Source of the DNA: a virus
Length of the DNA: 64,000 nucleotides
IMG/VR virus record: IMGVR_UViG_3300032257_000004
Coordinates: 1 to 64,000 of that record
Strand: one strand, 5' to 3'
Each line of letters opens with the position of its first letter. The stretch's first letter is position 1. Below the pieces are notes generated by a model, which was not told the DNA's origin, searched no databases, and saw only the letters and a list, made by a program, of their open reading frames with translations. Positions 25,121 through 34,804 of this stretch are shown piece by piece. The position numbers and the translations under genes were made by a program.

Positions 25121-27298
25121 ATGAACAGATCGCCCTTTGACACCGTAGCACCGAAAATCAGGCAAGCCGGTCTAGCACCCATCCCCCTCGGAAAACCTGA
25201 ATCCGGCGACTCAGCTAAGGGTTCGAATATCAAAGGGTGGACCAAGTTCGCCCGAGACCTCCCATCGGAACAGATGGTTGAGACGTGGTGCAGGACCTAT
25301 AAAGGCCACAATATTGGCGTAGGGCTTGGCACCAGAATTGGAAACTTCCAATTAGTCGCGGTGGATATCGACCACAACGACTTTCAAGAAAAAATCGAAT
25401 ATGCACTGGGCCGCAAAATCTGCGGTAAGGTCGGGAAAAAGGGAGCCACTTGGTTCTGCCTAGCTAATCCAGACATGAAGAACAAATCCTTCAAGACGAA
25501 GGAACACGGGATGATCGTCGAAATCCTGTGCAACGGTCGGCAGACCGTGATTCCACCATCCATTCACCCGGAAACGAACAAACCCTACGAGTGGCTGGGC
25601 GAGACCACTATCCAGAAAGTCGATCTGGAGTCGTTGCCGGTACTGTCCGACAGTTCCATGATCGAGATAAACGAAATCGTCAACGGGGACGACGTTTACT
25701 TCAACGGTGGCAAAGTCTCTTTTGGCAAGATCGAGGAAATCGTCGATGGCATCAACCACATGGTGTGGGCCGGAGTAGGTGGAGGCGGGACCACGCACGA
25801 CAACCGCTTACGCTGTGCGGGGCACATGGTGGCCACGGGGTGGTCGGACGACGACGCTGTGCGCCGGTTGGACCACGCGATGCGCGAGGCTTGGAGGCGG
25901 TCGGACTCTGATGATGAACCCGATTGGTCGTCAGTAACCAAAGAACACCAAGACATGATCAAGGGAGCCCGCGAGAAGGGCTTCGACGAGAGACCAGCTT
26001 CTAAGGGCAGAAAGAAAAAGCCCGCCGAGCGCGTTCTAGCCGATTGGGCAGAGGACGAGTGGAACCCACTGGTCTACTTTGGCAGCAAGTTCCTGAAATA
26101 CAAAGATGGCCACTGGCCAGAGTTTGCCACCGAACTCATGATGAAGGAAATGTATCAAGTCGACGACTATATTAAGTCGTCCGATGTGAATAACGCCATG
26201 AACGTTCTGTCGGTTATGACCCACTCCTTCGAGTTCGGGGCGGATGCCTCCGACAAAATCTGTTTTACCAACGGCACTCTGGACACCAAATCCAAAACAC
26301 TCCGTCCGTGGGATTCGGATGACCAAATTCTCCACCAGTTGGATTTCGATTGGTCGGAAGATGCCGCGTGTCCGTCATACGACGATTTTATCCAGTGGGT
26401 GTTCGACGGGGACGAGAAGGCGATCGCATGCTTTGAAGAGTACGCGGGCCTGACTCTAGTGGACGATATTCGATACCAGAAGATGCTTTATTTGATCGGG
26501 CCCGGTTCGAATGGTAAATCCACCTTGGCCAATCTGATTGCCACGATGCACGACCCGGAAGCAATTTCCAACGTTCCCATCACTTCACTTGATGACGAAC
26601 GGATGCTCACGTCGTTGGTCGGCAAACTGGTGAACATCAGTTCCGAGCAATCCCGCCTTAATATGGTGTCGGATGACATTCTTAAAAGGATTACGGGTGG
26701 CGACCCCGTTGCAGTGCGCAAGTTGTTCAAAGAGGTGGAAAACAAGGTAATCTTGAAGGTCCGATTCCTCTGCGTGGCGAACGATATGCCCGCCACCAAC
26801 GATTCATCCTATGCCATGCGCCGTCGATTGATGATCCTCGAATGCCCGAACATCATGCCGGAGCATAAACAGGACACCACCCTGTTTTCCAGACTGGTGG
26901 AAGAACGGGCGGGCATTATGCGCCGCTGGGTGTCGGCTCTGGCCAATCTCCGTGCGCGCGGCAGATTTGACGAGCCCGATTCATCTAAGAAAGCCGTCGA
27001 CGCTTATCTTCGGGAAAACGACTCAGTCGCTCAATGGCTGGAGGCGAAGACTATCGCCCGCCCAGAGGCTTGGACAACACTCGAAGACGCATACATGGAC
27101 TATCAGGACTACGCGAAGGCGATCGGGTACAACAGGCCCTTCACCATGCCCGTCTTCCGCAGTAAACTCCGGCAAGGCAACGTCCCGGTCAAGAGGGAAG
27201 TGTTGGAACACGGAGATGTGACGTCCATAGCATTTATGGTCAACATCGCTCTCAAGAACGAAGTTCCGGGACTTAGCGAGACTGGCACTAGGTTCTAG
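25121..27298 (+). CDS. Bifunctional primase-polymerase fused to a D5/P4-type SF3 helicase
   Basis: N-terminal NIG...VAVDID and VIPPSIHP; Walker A GPGSNGKS; ITGGD; start may be 25115. Confidence 0.9.
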   Translation: MNRSPFDTVAPKIRQAGLAPIPLGKPESGDSAKGSNIKGWTKFARDLPSEQMVETWCRTYKGHNIGVGLGTRIGNFQLVAVDIDHNDFQEKIEYALGRKICGKVGKKGATWFCLANPDMKNKSFKTKEHGMIVEILCNGRQTVIPPSIHPETNKPYEWLGETTIQKVDLESLPVLSDSSMIEINEIVNGDDVYFNGGKVSFGKIEEIVDGINHMVWAGVGGGGTTHDNRLRCAGHMVATGWSDDDAVRRLDHAMREAWRRSDSDDEPDWSSVTKEHQDMIKGAREKGFDERPASKGRKKKPAERVLADWAEDEWNPLVYFGSKFLKYKDGHWPEFATELMMKEMYQVDDYIKSSDVNNAMNVLSVMTHSFEFGADASDKICFTNGTLDTKSKTLRPWDSDDQILHQLDFDWSEDAACPSYDDFIQWVFDGDEKAIACFEEYAGLTLVDDIRYQKMLYLIGPGSNGKSTLANLIATMHDPEAISNVPITSLDDERMLTSLVGKLVNISSEQSRLNMVSDDILKRITGGDPVAVRKLFKEVENKVILKVRFLCVANDMPATNDSSYAMRRRLMILECPNIMPEHKQDTTLFSRLVEERAGIMRRWVSALANLRARGRFDEPDSSKKAVDAYLRENDSVAQWLEAKTIARPEAWTTLEDAYMDYQDYAKAIGYNRPFTMPVFRSKLRQGNVPVKREVLEHGDVTSIAFMVNIALKNEVPGLSETGTRF

Positions 27299-27309
27299 AG
27301 AGACCCATA

Positions 27310-27338
27310 TAGCGCGGCCCCTGATCGTGTGCTACACT
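27310..27338 (+). promoter_or_regulatory. Promoter with a variant box
   Basis: TAGCGC-GGCCCC...-TACACT, 17-bp spacer. Confidence 0.55.
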
Positions 27339-27367
27339 AGACAGATAGCGCAAACAGGAGACACCGC

Positions 27368-27697
27368 ATGGACGGGTTCTACGAGACAATTAGTGAAATT
27401 GAGTTGGCACCAACGCTGTTGGACATGCCTCATGCAATGCAGTGGTCTGGACCATTTGGGGGCAACTCCAAGGTCGAGGTCAATTGTTGGTCGATAAACG
27501 GCCTGAACCCCTCCATGAAGATGGAATTTCCCAAAACCATAGACGAGTTGGTCGATATTTTCGACGAGGTGTACGCCTTCGTGGTGACGGACAATGGGGA
27601 GATTGTCCAGCAGGGCTTAATGACTGGTGACAGCGATCTTCCGGACAACGTGGAGCCAATCGCCCTGCACCGTCTGTCTCGACGAATGATGACTTGA
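27368..27697 (+). CDS. Hypothetical protein
   Basis: AGGAG SD. Confidence 0.7.
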   Translation: MDGFYETISEIELAPTLLDMPHAMQWSGPFGGNSKVEVNCWSINGLNPSMKMEFPKTIDELVDIFDEVYAFVVTDNGEIVQQGLMTGDSDLPDNVEPIALHRLSRRMMT

Positions 27698-27722
27698 TCG
27701 CAGCCCCCCGCTGTGGTATAGT
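27694..27722 (+). promoter_or_regulatory. Promoter with box
   Basis: TTGATC-GCAGCCCCCCGCTGTGG-TATAGT; inverted box GGGGCTG immediately downstream. Confidence 0.75.
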
Positions 27723-27746
27723 GGGGCTGTGATTAGGGAGACAGTC

Positions 27747-28010
27747 ATGGATTACCAAACACTGGTTAAGGGTCTCGGAGATGGCCTTATTTTTAGCGTC
27801 ACGTTCACCAAGGTGGACGGTACGCTTCGCGAGATGGTGTGCCGGATGGGCGTAAAGTCTCGTCTTGCGGGCGGCAAAAAGTCGTTCAACGACGAGGAGA
27901 AAAACATCCTCACGGTTTTCGATATGGAAAACGAGGGTTATCGATCGATCAAGATCGAAAATATCGTTAAGATCGTCGCCCACGGCGAAATTATCTACGA
28001 GGTGAAATAA
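27747..28010 (+). CDS. SH3/WYL-like beta-barrel protein (DUF2693-like)
   Basis: SVTFTKVDGTLREM...VFDMENEGYRSI. Confidence 0.75.
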   Translation: MDYQTLVKGLGDGLIFSVTFTKVDGTLREMVCRMGVKSRLAGGKKSFNDEEKNILTVFDMENEGYRSIKIENIVKIVAHGEIIYEVK

Positions 28011-28013
28011 GTC

Positions 28014-28439
28014 GTGGACTATAAATATTCAGACGGAGGCCGGGAAGCGGCGGGATACAAGGGCAAGACTGGAGACTGTTTTGTTCGCGCCGCAGCCATC
28101 GCTACTGGTAAATCGTACGAGGAGGTTTATAATTTGGTCCTTCTTCGGTGCCGGGAAACGAACCACCGCAAGCGAAAGCGCCGGAACACCCCCTCCGGTG
28201 GCATTTATCGGGAGTTTGCCGACACCATTATGGCCGAATACGGATGGGAGTGGGTCCCGATAGTTAAACCCGGATGTTCAGATCGGCCCAAACTCAAAGC
28301 AGGCGATTTGCCGAAGGGTCGAATTTTAGCTCGCGTCACGCGCCATTTCTGCGCGGTAATTGACGATGTAGTGCACGACACCCACGACCCTCGCCGGGGA
28401 GGAACCCGTCTCGTGTACGGATATTACAGGAAGAAGTGA
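28014..28439 (+). CDS. Conserved phage protein with papain-like Cys/His motif
   Basis: GDCFVRAAAIATGKSY...RHFCAVIDD. Confidence 0.7.
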   Translation: MDYKYSDGGREAAGYKGKTGDCFVRAAAIATGKSYEEVYNLVLLRCRETNHRKRKRRNTPSGGIYREFADTIMAEYGWEWVPIVKPGCSDRPKLKAGDLPKGRILARVTRHFCAVIDDVVHDTHDPRRGGTRLVYGYYRKK

Positions 28440-28603
28440 TGAAAAACAAACATCTTGACTCTGACGAATTGTACCTTTTCTACGTTGAACTTTGCCACAA
28501 GATACAAAAATTGGTAGAAGACGAAATCGGGGACTTGATGGCCTCCGATCAAAACGAAATCCGAGAACTTTTGTGCGAACAGTTTCGCTTCGACGCGGGA
28601 TAG
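28439..28603 (+). CDS. 54-aa hypothetical protein (not in the ORF track)
   Basis: TGATG coupling; MKNKHLDSDELYLF... Confidence 0.55.
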   Translation: MKNKHLDSDELYLFYVELCHKIQKLVEDEIGDLMASDQNEIRELLCEQFRFDAG

Positions 28604-28609
28604 ACAGCG

Positions 28610-28650
28610 TAAATATGCAGACGGAGGCCTTAAATATGCAGACGGAGGCC
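28610..28650. repeat. 21-bp-period tandem duplication
   Basis: TAAATATGCAGACGGAGGCC twice; near-copy at 28022-28041. Confidence 0.9.
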
Positions 28651-28872
28651 GGAGTAGTCCCAGCCGTCCATTTCGTCGGGTTCAAAGGCGACGAATACTG
28701 GAGCGCTGTTAAAGTTTGGGGTAAACCGGCTTTCATCCACCGGGGATGGGACAACCGGGCCCAAAGAGAAATCCACGTGTCGGATACCGTGGTGTTTGCA
28801 ACCGGGCCCCACGACCAAAAGCCCAAAAAGCGTAGCTTCAACGACGTTGAACCCCGCAATGAGTGGGGCTGA
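28636..28872 (+). CDS. Hypothetical protein
   Basis: GGAGG-N8-ATG at 28636; VHFVGF...AVKVWG motif. Confidence 0.65.
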   Translation: MQTEAGVVPAVHFVGFKGDEYWSAVKVWGKPAFIHRGWDNRAQREIHVSDTVVFATGPHDQKPKKRSFNDVEPRNEWG

Positions 28873-28967
28873 TAGGGGCCGGAATAAAATTAGTTGGCGG
28901 GGCCCTCTCGGTGTGATAGTCTGTACGATCCTGTCCACCTATTGTCGATCCAACCATGGGGCCCCCT

Positions 28968-30761
28968 ATGAAAGAAGTTCCTTTTGTCTCCGAATTTGAA
29001 TCTAACCTAACAGATTTTGGAAAGCGAACTTTAAAGGACAGATACCTAGTGGGGGACGAAGGATTCGACGGTTTAGTCGATCGAGTTACCGGCGCTTACA
29101 GCAACGACCCTTTCCACGCCGCCCGACTCAGAGGTTATATCAGCCGAATGTGGTTTATGCCAGCAACCCCGGTTCTGGCCAACGGTGGCACTGATCGAGG
29201 CTTACCGATCTCCTGCTATTTGAATTCAGTCAATGATAACATGAATTCGATCCTTGACTCGTTTACTGAAGTCGGCTGGTTGTCGTGTCGTGGTGGTGGA
29301 GTTGGAACATACTGGGGTGGAGTCCGAGAAGTCGGGTCGAAAGTCAAGGGGCGTCCCGGCGCTGAGGGCATAATCCCATTCCTACAGATTCAAAACACGT
29401 ACACCAAGGCGATGAATCAGGGAACGGTTCGAGGGGCATCATCCGCTTTTTACATCGATGTTGACCATCCCGAGATTGAAGAGTTCATTGAAATCCGGAA
29501 AACTACCGGTGGAGACCCCAACCGCAAAACCCTTTATTCTCACCACGGTGTCATCGTCAATGACGAATTCATGGATGCCGTGAAAAAAGACCTCCCGTTC
29601 AACCTGATTTCCCGCGAGCATGGTGGGGTGATTAAAACGATTAGTGCCCGGTCGCTTTGGACCAAGATTCTGGCGACCCGAATGGAACAGGGCGAGCCGT
29701 ATTTGATGTTCCGCACCGCCATCGACGAGGGAAGACCGGACGTCTACAAGAAACTGGGCCTAAATGTTACTCAGTCGAATCTCTGCACCGAAATCACTTT
29801 AGCTACTGGGCCCGACCACGAGGAAAAAGATAGAACGGCGGTGTGCTGCCTCTCTTCCCTCAATCTCGAAAAATTCGACGAGTGGAAGGACGACGAAAAG
29901 TTTATACTGGACGTAATGTACTTCTTGGACAACGTCCTTCAGGACTTCATCGATCGCGCCTCTAAACTGCCCGGATTTGACAAGGCCGTCTATTCGGCAA
30001 CGAGAGAGCGGGCGGTGGGCCTAGGGGTGATGGGATTCCATGGATATTTGATGTCCAAAATGATTCCGGTAGAATCTCCGATGGCTATTGGTCAAAACAA
30101 GATCATATTCGAGCACATACACAAGCGGACGGAGGAGGCAGACCGGGTCATCTGTATCGATCGGGGACCATGCCCCGATGCCAAGGAGGCGGGTATCCTT
30201 AAGCGTTTTAGCCATAAGACGGCCATCGCCCCCACCGCGACCATCAGCACCATCTGTGGACAGTCCACGCCCGGTGTAGAAATGATTCCAGCCAACCAGT
30301 TTATCCACAAAACCGATTCCGGCACCCACACGGTGATGAACAAGTATCTCAGAGCCTTGATGGAAGAAAAAACGAAGGACGACACTTTCCCTAGAGAAAT
30401 GTGGAGTTGGTTTTGGGAGCAGGTCCGTGAACACAGCGGTTCGGTGCAATGGGCAACCGACTACCTGAGCGAACACGAACTAGCGGTGTTCAAAACTGCG
30501 TTTGAAGTCGACCAGCGATACATCATTGATTTGGCCGCAGATCGCGGACAGTTTATCGACCAAGGGCAATCCGTAAACCTATACTTTGCGGGCGACGCCG
30601 ACAAGCGTTATATTAATGAGGTCCATCTTAGGGGATACGACAAGGGGCTCAAAACCCTTTATTATTGCCGTTCCAATTCCGTCGCCAGAGCCAAGACGGT
30701 TGGACACGACAGTATCGGTTCACCAATCGTTGAGCCGGATGAATGCTTAGCCTGTCAGTAG
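28968..30761 (+). CDS. nrdA: Ribonucleotide reductase class I alpha subunit (no ATP-cone)
   Basis: PATPVLAN, ISCYL, QSNLCTEI, APTAT, TLYYCR, C-terminal CLACQ. Confidence 0.95.
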   Translation: MKEVPFVSEFESNLTDFGKRTLKDRYLVGDEGFDGLVDRVTGAYSNDPFHAARLRGYISRMWFMPATPVLANGGTDRGLPISCYLNSVNDNMNSILDSFTEVGWLSCRGGGVGTYWGGVREVGSKVKGRPGAEGIIPFLQIQNTYTKAMNQGTVRGASSAFYIDVDHPEIEEFIEIRKTTGGDPNRKTLYSHHGVIVNDEFMDAVKKDLPFNLISREHGGVIKTISARSLWTKILATRMEQGEPYLMFRTAIDEGRPDVYKKLGLNVTQSNLCTEITLATGPDHEEKDRTAVCCLSSLNLEKFDEWKDDEKFILDVMYFLDNVLQDFIDRASKLPGFDKAVYSATRERAVGLGVMGFHGYLMSKMIPVESPMAIGQNKIIFEHIHKRTEEADRVICIDRGPCPDAKEAGILKRFSHKTAIAPTATISTICGQSTPGVEMIPANQFIHKTDSGTHTVMNKYLRALMEEKTKDDTFPREMWSWFWEQVREHSGSVQWATDYLSEHELAVFKTAFEVDQRYIIDLAADRGQFIDQGQSVNLYFAGDADKRYINEVHLRGYDKGLKTLYYCRSNSVARAKTVGHDSIGSPIVEPDECLACQ

Positions 30762-30771
30762 GAGAGAGACA

Positions 30772-31137
30772 ATGACACCGGCAGAATCGAAACAACAGTT
30801 AGATGTACTTCGGGACGAATTCTTCCTGACTTGGGGAGCGATGTGCGATTGCATGTCCTCCATTGCCAAGTCCAAAGGATTCTACGAGGGGGAGCATAAC
30901 CCCGGCGAGTTGATCGCCCTTATGCACTCGGAACTGTCCGAGTTGTTGGAATACGTCCGCAAACCGGCGAACGATAGCCATGTCACCGATATGGATGGTC
31001 GCGCCGTGGAACTTGCGGATTTGATAATTCGAGCGATGGACTTTTCGTCCAGATTCGATCTTAACGTTGCCGACGCCATCATCGCGAAGGCCAAATACAA
31101 CGCTGACCGTCCATATAAGCACGGCAAAAAATTCTAG
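30772..31137 (+). CDS. MazG-like NTP pyrophosphohydrolase
   Basis: LMHSELSELLE...VELADLIIR...KAKYNADR. Confidence 0.85.
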   Translation: MTPAESKQQLDVLRDEFFLTWGAMCDCMSSIAKSKGFYEGEHNPGELIALMHSELSELLEYVRKPANDSHVTDMDGRAVELADLIIRAMDFSSRFDLNVADAIIAKAKYNADRPYKHGKKF

Positions 31138-31146
31138 GAGGAACAA

Positions 31147-32100
31147 ATGTCTCTAACGGAGGCCAGACTCGCGCTTCGCCCATACGAATACCCGTGGGCG
31201 ATCGAAGCTACTACCAAACAGCAAAAAGCCCACTGGCTTCCGGATGAAATCCCCATGTCCAAGGACGTGAAGGACTGGAACAGCAACATGACCCCCGGCG
31301 AGATTAGTCTAGCCAAAAACATCATGTTGTTGTTTACCCAGTCGGATATCGACGTTGGAAACGGGTATCTGGACCACTACCTTCGAGTGATGAAAAATCC
31401 CGAGATTCGGTTCATGTTGACCACCTTTGCGGGTCAGGAAGTGATACATGTACTGGCGTACAGTCATTTGATCGAATCGCTAGGTCTACCCGAGTCCACA
31501 TATACTGAGTTCTTGAATTACAAGTCGATGCTGGACAAGCACGAACACATCATGTCGATGAAATCCGACACCCCCCAAGAACTGGCCTTGACCATGGCCG
31601 TCTTCGGAGGATTTGTGGAGGGCTTGCAGTTGTTCGCGTCGTTCATCATGCTACTGAACTTCCAGAGGTTTGGGAAGCTTAAGGGCATGGGTCAAGTAGT
31701 GGCGTGGAGTGTTCGCGACGAGACTATCCATTGCGAGGGCGTTTGCCACATGTTCCGGCAATACGTGGAGGAAAATTCCGATTCGATCGACAAGGGCCTG
31801 TTGCAGGCGGAGGTCGAGCGCCATTGCAAGATGGCGGTGTTCCACGAGGATGCGTTCATCGACAAGGCATTCGAAATGGGGGATGTTGAGGGATTGACCT
31901 CGGACCGCGTGAAGGGTTATATTCGATACGTGGCCGACCGCAGAATGGAAATGCTGGGTTATCCGCCCGTCTACGGAGTCAGTGTCGACCCCGAGCCTTG
32001 GTTCGAAGAGGCTATTGGCGGAGTAGAACACGTCAATTTCTTCGAAAACAAATCTACCGCGTATTCGAAGGCATCAACCACGGGAACAGATTGGTTCTAA
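31147..32100 (+). CDS. nrdB: Ribonucleotide reductase class I beta subunit
   Basis: HWLPDEI, QEVIHVLAYS, EGLQLF, RDETIH, NFFE. Confidence 0.95.
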   Translation: MSLTEARLALRPYEYPWAIEATTKQQKAHWLPDEIPMSKDVKDWNSNMTPGEISLAKNIMLLFTQSDIDVGNGYLDHYLRVMKNPEIRFMLTTFAGQEVIHVLAYSHLIESLGLPESTYTEFLNYKSMLDKHEHIMSMKSDTPQELALTMAVFGGFVEGLQLFASFIMLLNFQRFGKLKGMGQVVAWSVRDETIHCEGVCHMFRQYVEENSDSIDKGLLQAEVERHCKMAVFHEDAFIDKAFEMGDVEGLTSDRVKGYIRYVADRRMEMLGYPPVYGVSVDPEPWFEEAIGGVEHVNFFENKSTAYSKASTTGTDWF

Positions 32101-32480
32101 TGCAAAGAGTTAACGCCGACTACCCCGAAGATTCTCCATACTGGAGACTTCGCTACAAACTGATTGGAGACCTCAGCATGTTTCAGCTGGGCTCCGACTA
32201 TAAATTGGTGGATTTAGTCGAGGGTAGAGCGGCGTTAATTGCTATCGGGCAAGTGGACGAAGACGAATACGATGTGGCAGTCCGATATAGAAGTTGGTTG
32301 ACAGAGGAAACTCCAGAGGGTACATTCAGGTTGGATGATATGCTCGTAAAGAAAATCTATATAGCGGGCAAAACCAAATATGGTTCCAACGACTGGATAG
32401 ATAGAGATGAATCCGTCAGAGAAATTTTCGACTCCCTCGCGCCCAAACGTGTTCATAACACACTGGACCCCGACATTTGA
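32100..32480 (+). CDS. Hypothetical protein
   Basis: TAATG coupling. Confidence 0.6.
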   Translation: MQRVNADYPEDSPYWRLRYKLIGDLSMFQLGSDYKLVDLVEGRAALIAIGQVDEDEYDVAVRYRSWLTEETPEGTFRLDDMLVKKIYIAGKTKYGSNDWIDRDESVREIFDSLAPKRVHNTLDPDI

Positions 32481-32757
32481 TTATTCAGATGCCCTGCGGT
32501 TCGGGGATTTAAACCAAATAGTTTCTAATCAGTATTTCCAACCCTTCTTATTGGAGGGTCAGATGCAGGATTTCTTGGACCTATACAAACCCGAGAACGA
32601 CTACTTGCTCCTGTCTGGAGACCCTGTCATAATCGGTATGTCGATCCACGCGGCTTTTAGTCGCTCCGATACGATCCAAGTCTTGAAGTTCGAGAAACGA
32701 CTCAAGATGTATACAGATATTGAATTGAGGAACCCGTTGAAAAATGTCGAAATTTGA
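32407..32757 (+). CDS. Conserved phage protein
   Basis: FDYSDALRFG...DYLLLSGDP. Confidence 0.7.
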   Translation: MNPSEKFSTPSRPNVFITHWTPTFDYSDALRFGDLNQIVSNQYFQPFLLEGQMQDFLDLYKPENDYLLLSGDPVIIGMSIHAAFSRSDTIQVLKFEKRLKMYTDIELRNPLKNVEI

Positions 32758-33253
32758 ACATATGGAGGCCGTCGCACTTGTCGAACGAGCCGTGGCAACT
32801 GCCAAAGAGATGGACGAAATCCGGAAAGCCATGACGAAAATGGCCGAGGATACTGTCCGAGTTCCGGACATGTCGGAAGTGTTTGTAATGTCTCGCCAAA
32901 TTCGGGACGTGCTCGACTCCGCACTGAAGGAAATCACCAAACAGCGGGATGTGATTTCGTATAACACCCTTCCAAATATGATGGAAGACGAGGGCCTTAC
33001 ATCCTTCACCACAGAGTCCGGATATCGGGTCTCAGTGGCGCGGCGTTTCAGCGCTTCGTTTGTTGATAAGGAAGCGGGCTTCCAGTGGCTGAGAGATAAC
33101 GGCCTTGAGGACATCATCAAGGAAACTGTTCCTTCGCAGACACTTTCGGCCCAAATCCGCGAGATGATCGAATCGGAAAACATGGAACCGCCGGATGATG
33201 TCATCAAAACGTCCATCGCGCCGTACACCTCAGTAACTAAAGTCAAGAAGTAG
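32744..33253 (+). CDS. Conserved replication-module phage protein
   Basis: WLRDNGLEDIIKETVPSQTLSA motif typical of siphovirus replication clusters. Confidence 0.75.
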   Translation: MSKFEHMEAVALVERAVATAKEMDEIRKAMTKMAEDTVRVPDMSEVFVMSRQIRDVLDSALKEITKQRDVISYNTLPNMMEDEGLTSFTTESGYRVSVARRFSASFVDKEAGFQWLRDNGLEDIIKETVPSQTLSAQIREMIESENMEPPDDVIKTSIAPYTSVTKVKK

Positions 33254-33256
33254 ATA

Positions 33257-33285
33257 TTGCTTAGCCCCTAGGGGCTTGGTAGTAT
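33257..33285 (+). promoter_or_regulatory. Promoter with a palindromic box in the spacer
   Basis: TTGCTT-AGCCCCTAGGGGCTTGG-TAGTAT. Confidence 0.65.
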
Positions 33286-33310
33286 GTGTCATCGTCCACA
33301 GGAGATAAGC

Positions 33311-34156
33311 ATGACGAAAAAATCCACAGCTGTCGCTAAGAAAAACGAGGGCCAAGTTTCGGCGGTCCCCGATTTTATGAAAGGGGCAGAGGTCGTTAAG
33401 TCCAATCTGGACTCCGACGACATTGAACTGCCGCGCATGAAGCTGCTGCAGTCTCTATCACCCGAACTTGAAGACGGCCACAAGGCCGGTGATCTGTTCC
33501 ACCATGTGATGGAACAGTCCTTTGGTAGTTCGGTCCGGGTAATCCCGATCTTCCATTTCAAATCCTATATCCTTTGGAATCCGCGTAAATCCGGTGGTGG
33601 CATCCTTGCCCGCGCCGATGACGGCCAAGAGTGGGATCGCCTTGGTGAGTGGGAAGTCACTCTGGACTCCAATAAGCAGAAGCGTACCTGGGCCATTGAA
33701 CACAAGAGTGTTCGCAAATCCGGTCTCGCTGAATGGGGCACGTCCGACGATCAGGACGAAAACTCCCCTCCGGCTGCTACCAAGCTGCTGAACGTGGTTG
33801 CGTGGCTCCCGGATTTCCCGGAACTGTCACCGATCGTCATTCCGTTCCAGCGCGGTCTTCTCAAAGCTGGTACTCGTTGGGTTTCGAAAATCGAGATGTC
33901 CAACGCACCGGAATTCGGCCAGACTTACGAACTGCTGAGTGAAAAGGTCTCCAACAACGACGGGGACGAATACTTCGCGTTCAAAACCAAGGGCACCGGG
34001 CTTTTGCAGGACGAGGACTTGTTCAACAATCTCGCTCAAATGCACAAGCGCTTTGCCGACATGACCATTCGCGTCGTGGATGCAGAGGATATGGCATCGG
34101 ATGGGGATTCCAACACGGCGGCGTCTGAGGACTCGGAGATTGCTGATCGGATTTAA
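33311..34156 (+). CDS. Putative ssDNA-binding/annealing protein
   Basis: DIELPRMKLLQSLSPE motif, acidic tail, replication context. Confidence 0.55.
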   Translation: MTKKSTAVAKKNEGQVSAVPDFMKGAEVVKSNLDSDDIELPRMKLLQSLSPELEDGHKAGDLFHHVMEQSFGSSVRVIPIFHFKSYILWNPRKSGGGILARADDGQEWDRLGEWEVTLDSNKQKRTWAIEHKSVRKSGLAEWGTSDDQDENSPPAATKLLNVVAWLPDFPELSPIVIPFQRGLLKAGTRWVSKIEMSNAPEFGQTYELLSEKVSNNDGDEYFAFKTKGTGLLQDEDLFNNLAQMHKRFADMTIRVVDAEDMASDGDSNTAASEDSEIADRI

Positions 34157-34169
34157 CGACGGGCCTGAA

Positions 34170-34511
34170 TTGCCCCGACTTGAATCCGCAGTAGCTTGCC
34201 CCAAATGCGGAAACCAGAAATCGAGAGTAGTTAAGTCCTCTCGGGGTCTGGTTTCCAAGGGCATTCGGCGCGGAACCAGAAGGCGGAGACGTTGTCAATC
34301 GTGCAAAGAGGTGTGGTCTACGATCGAACTTAACTTGGAAGATGTACTGACTACTGACATCGACCATATGGAGTTAATCACTAGATTGCAGCTAGCGGTG
34401 GCTAGTTTCCAAGAAACCAATTTATCGTCAATGCGGCAGGTACTGAAAGCTACTAGAGAGTTGGAAGCTGCAGCGGGGGCGATCAAACAGGAGAATGCAG
34501 ATGGGATATAA
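34170..34511 (+). CDS. NrdR-like zinc-ribbon protein lacking the ATP-cone
   Basis: CPKCG...SRVVKS...RRRRRCQSC...WSTIE parallels the NrdR N-terminus; start uncertain. Confidence 0.7.
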   Translation: MPRLESAVACPKCGNQKSRVVKSSRGLVSKGIRRGTRRRRRCQSCKEVWSTIELNLEDVLTTDIDHMELITRLQLAVASFQETNLSSMRQVLKATRELEAAAGAIKQENADGI

Positions 34512-34512
34512 A

Positions 34513-34797
34513 ATGCACAATCTTTGCGTCCCGCGTCCAAAAAAGGACGGCGGAACGTGGTGGCAAACAATCGGAGTTCAGTTCGAGAAAGACGACGGTA
34601 CTCCCGGCGACATCATTCTCAATTGCATTCCGGTTGGCGATGTCATTGATAACAACGGCGACATCTTTCCGTTCGATGGTAAGATCAAGGTCTTCCCGAA
34701 GGACAACGACGGTAATAAAGGCTCCAAGCGGTCCAATACCCGCAAGGTGTCGTCCAAGACTCGCAACGACTCTCTCGATGACGAAATCCCATTCTAG
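34513..34797 (+). CDS. Small SSB-like protein
   Basis: WQTIG beta strands and C-terminal DDEIPF SSB tip. Confidence 0.65.
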   Translation: MHNLCVPRPKKDGGTWWQTIGVQFEKDDGTPGDIILNCIPVGDVIDNNGDIFPFDGKIKVFPKDNDGNKGSKRSNTRKVSSKTRNDSLDDEIPF

Positions 34798-34804
34798 TGG
34801 GGGG

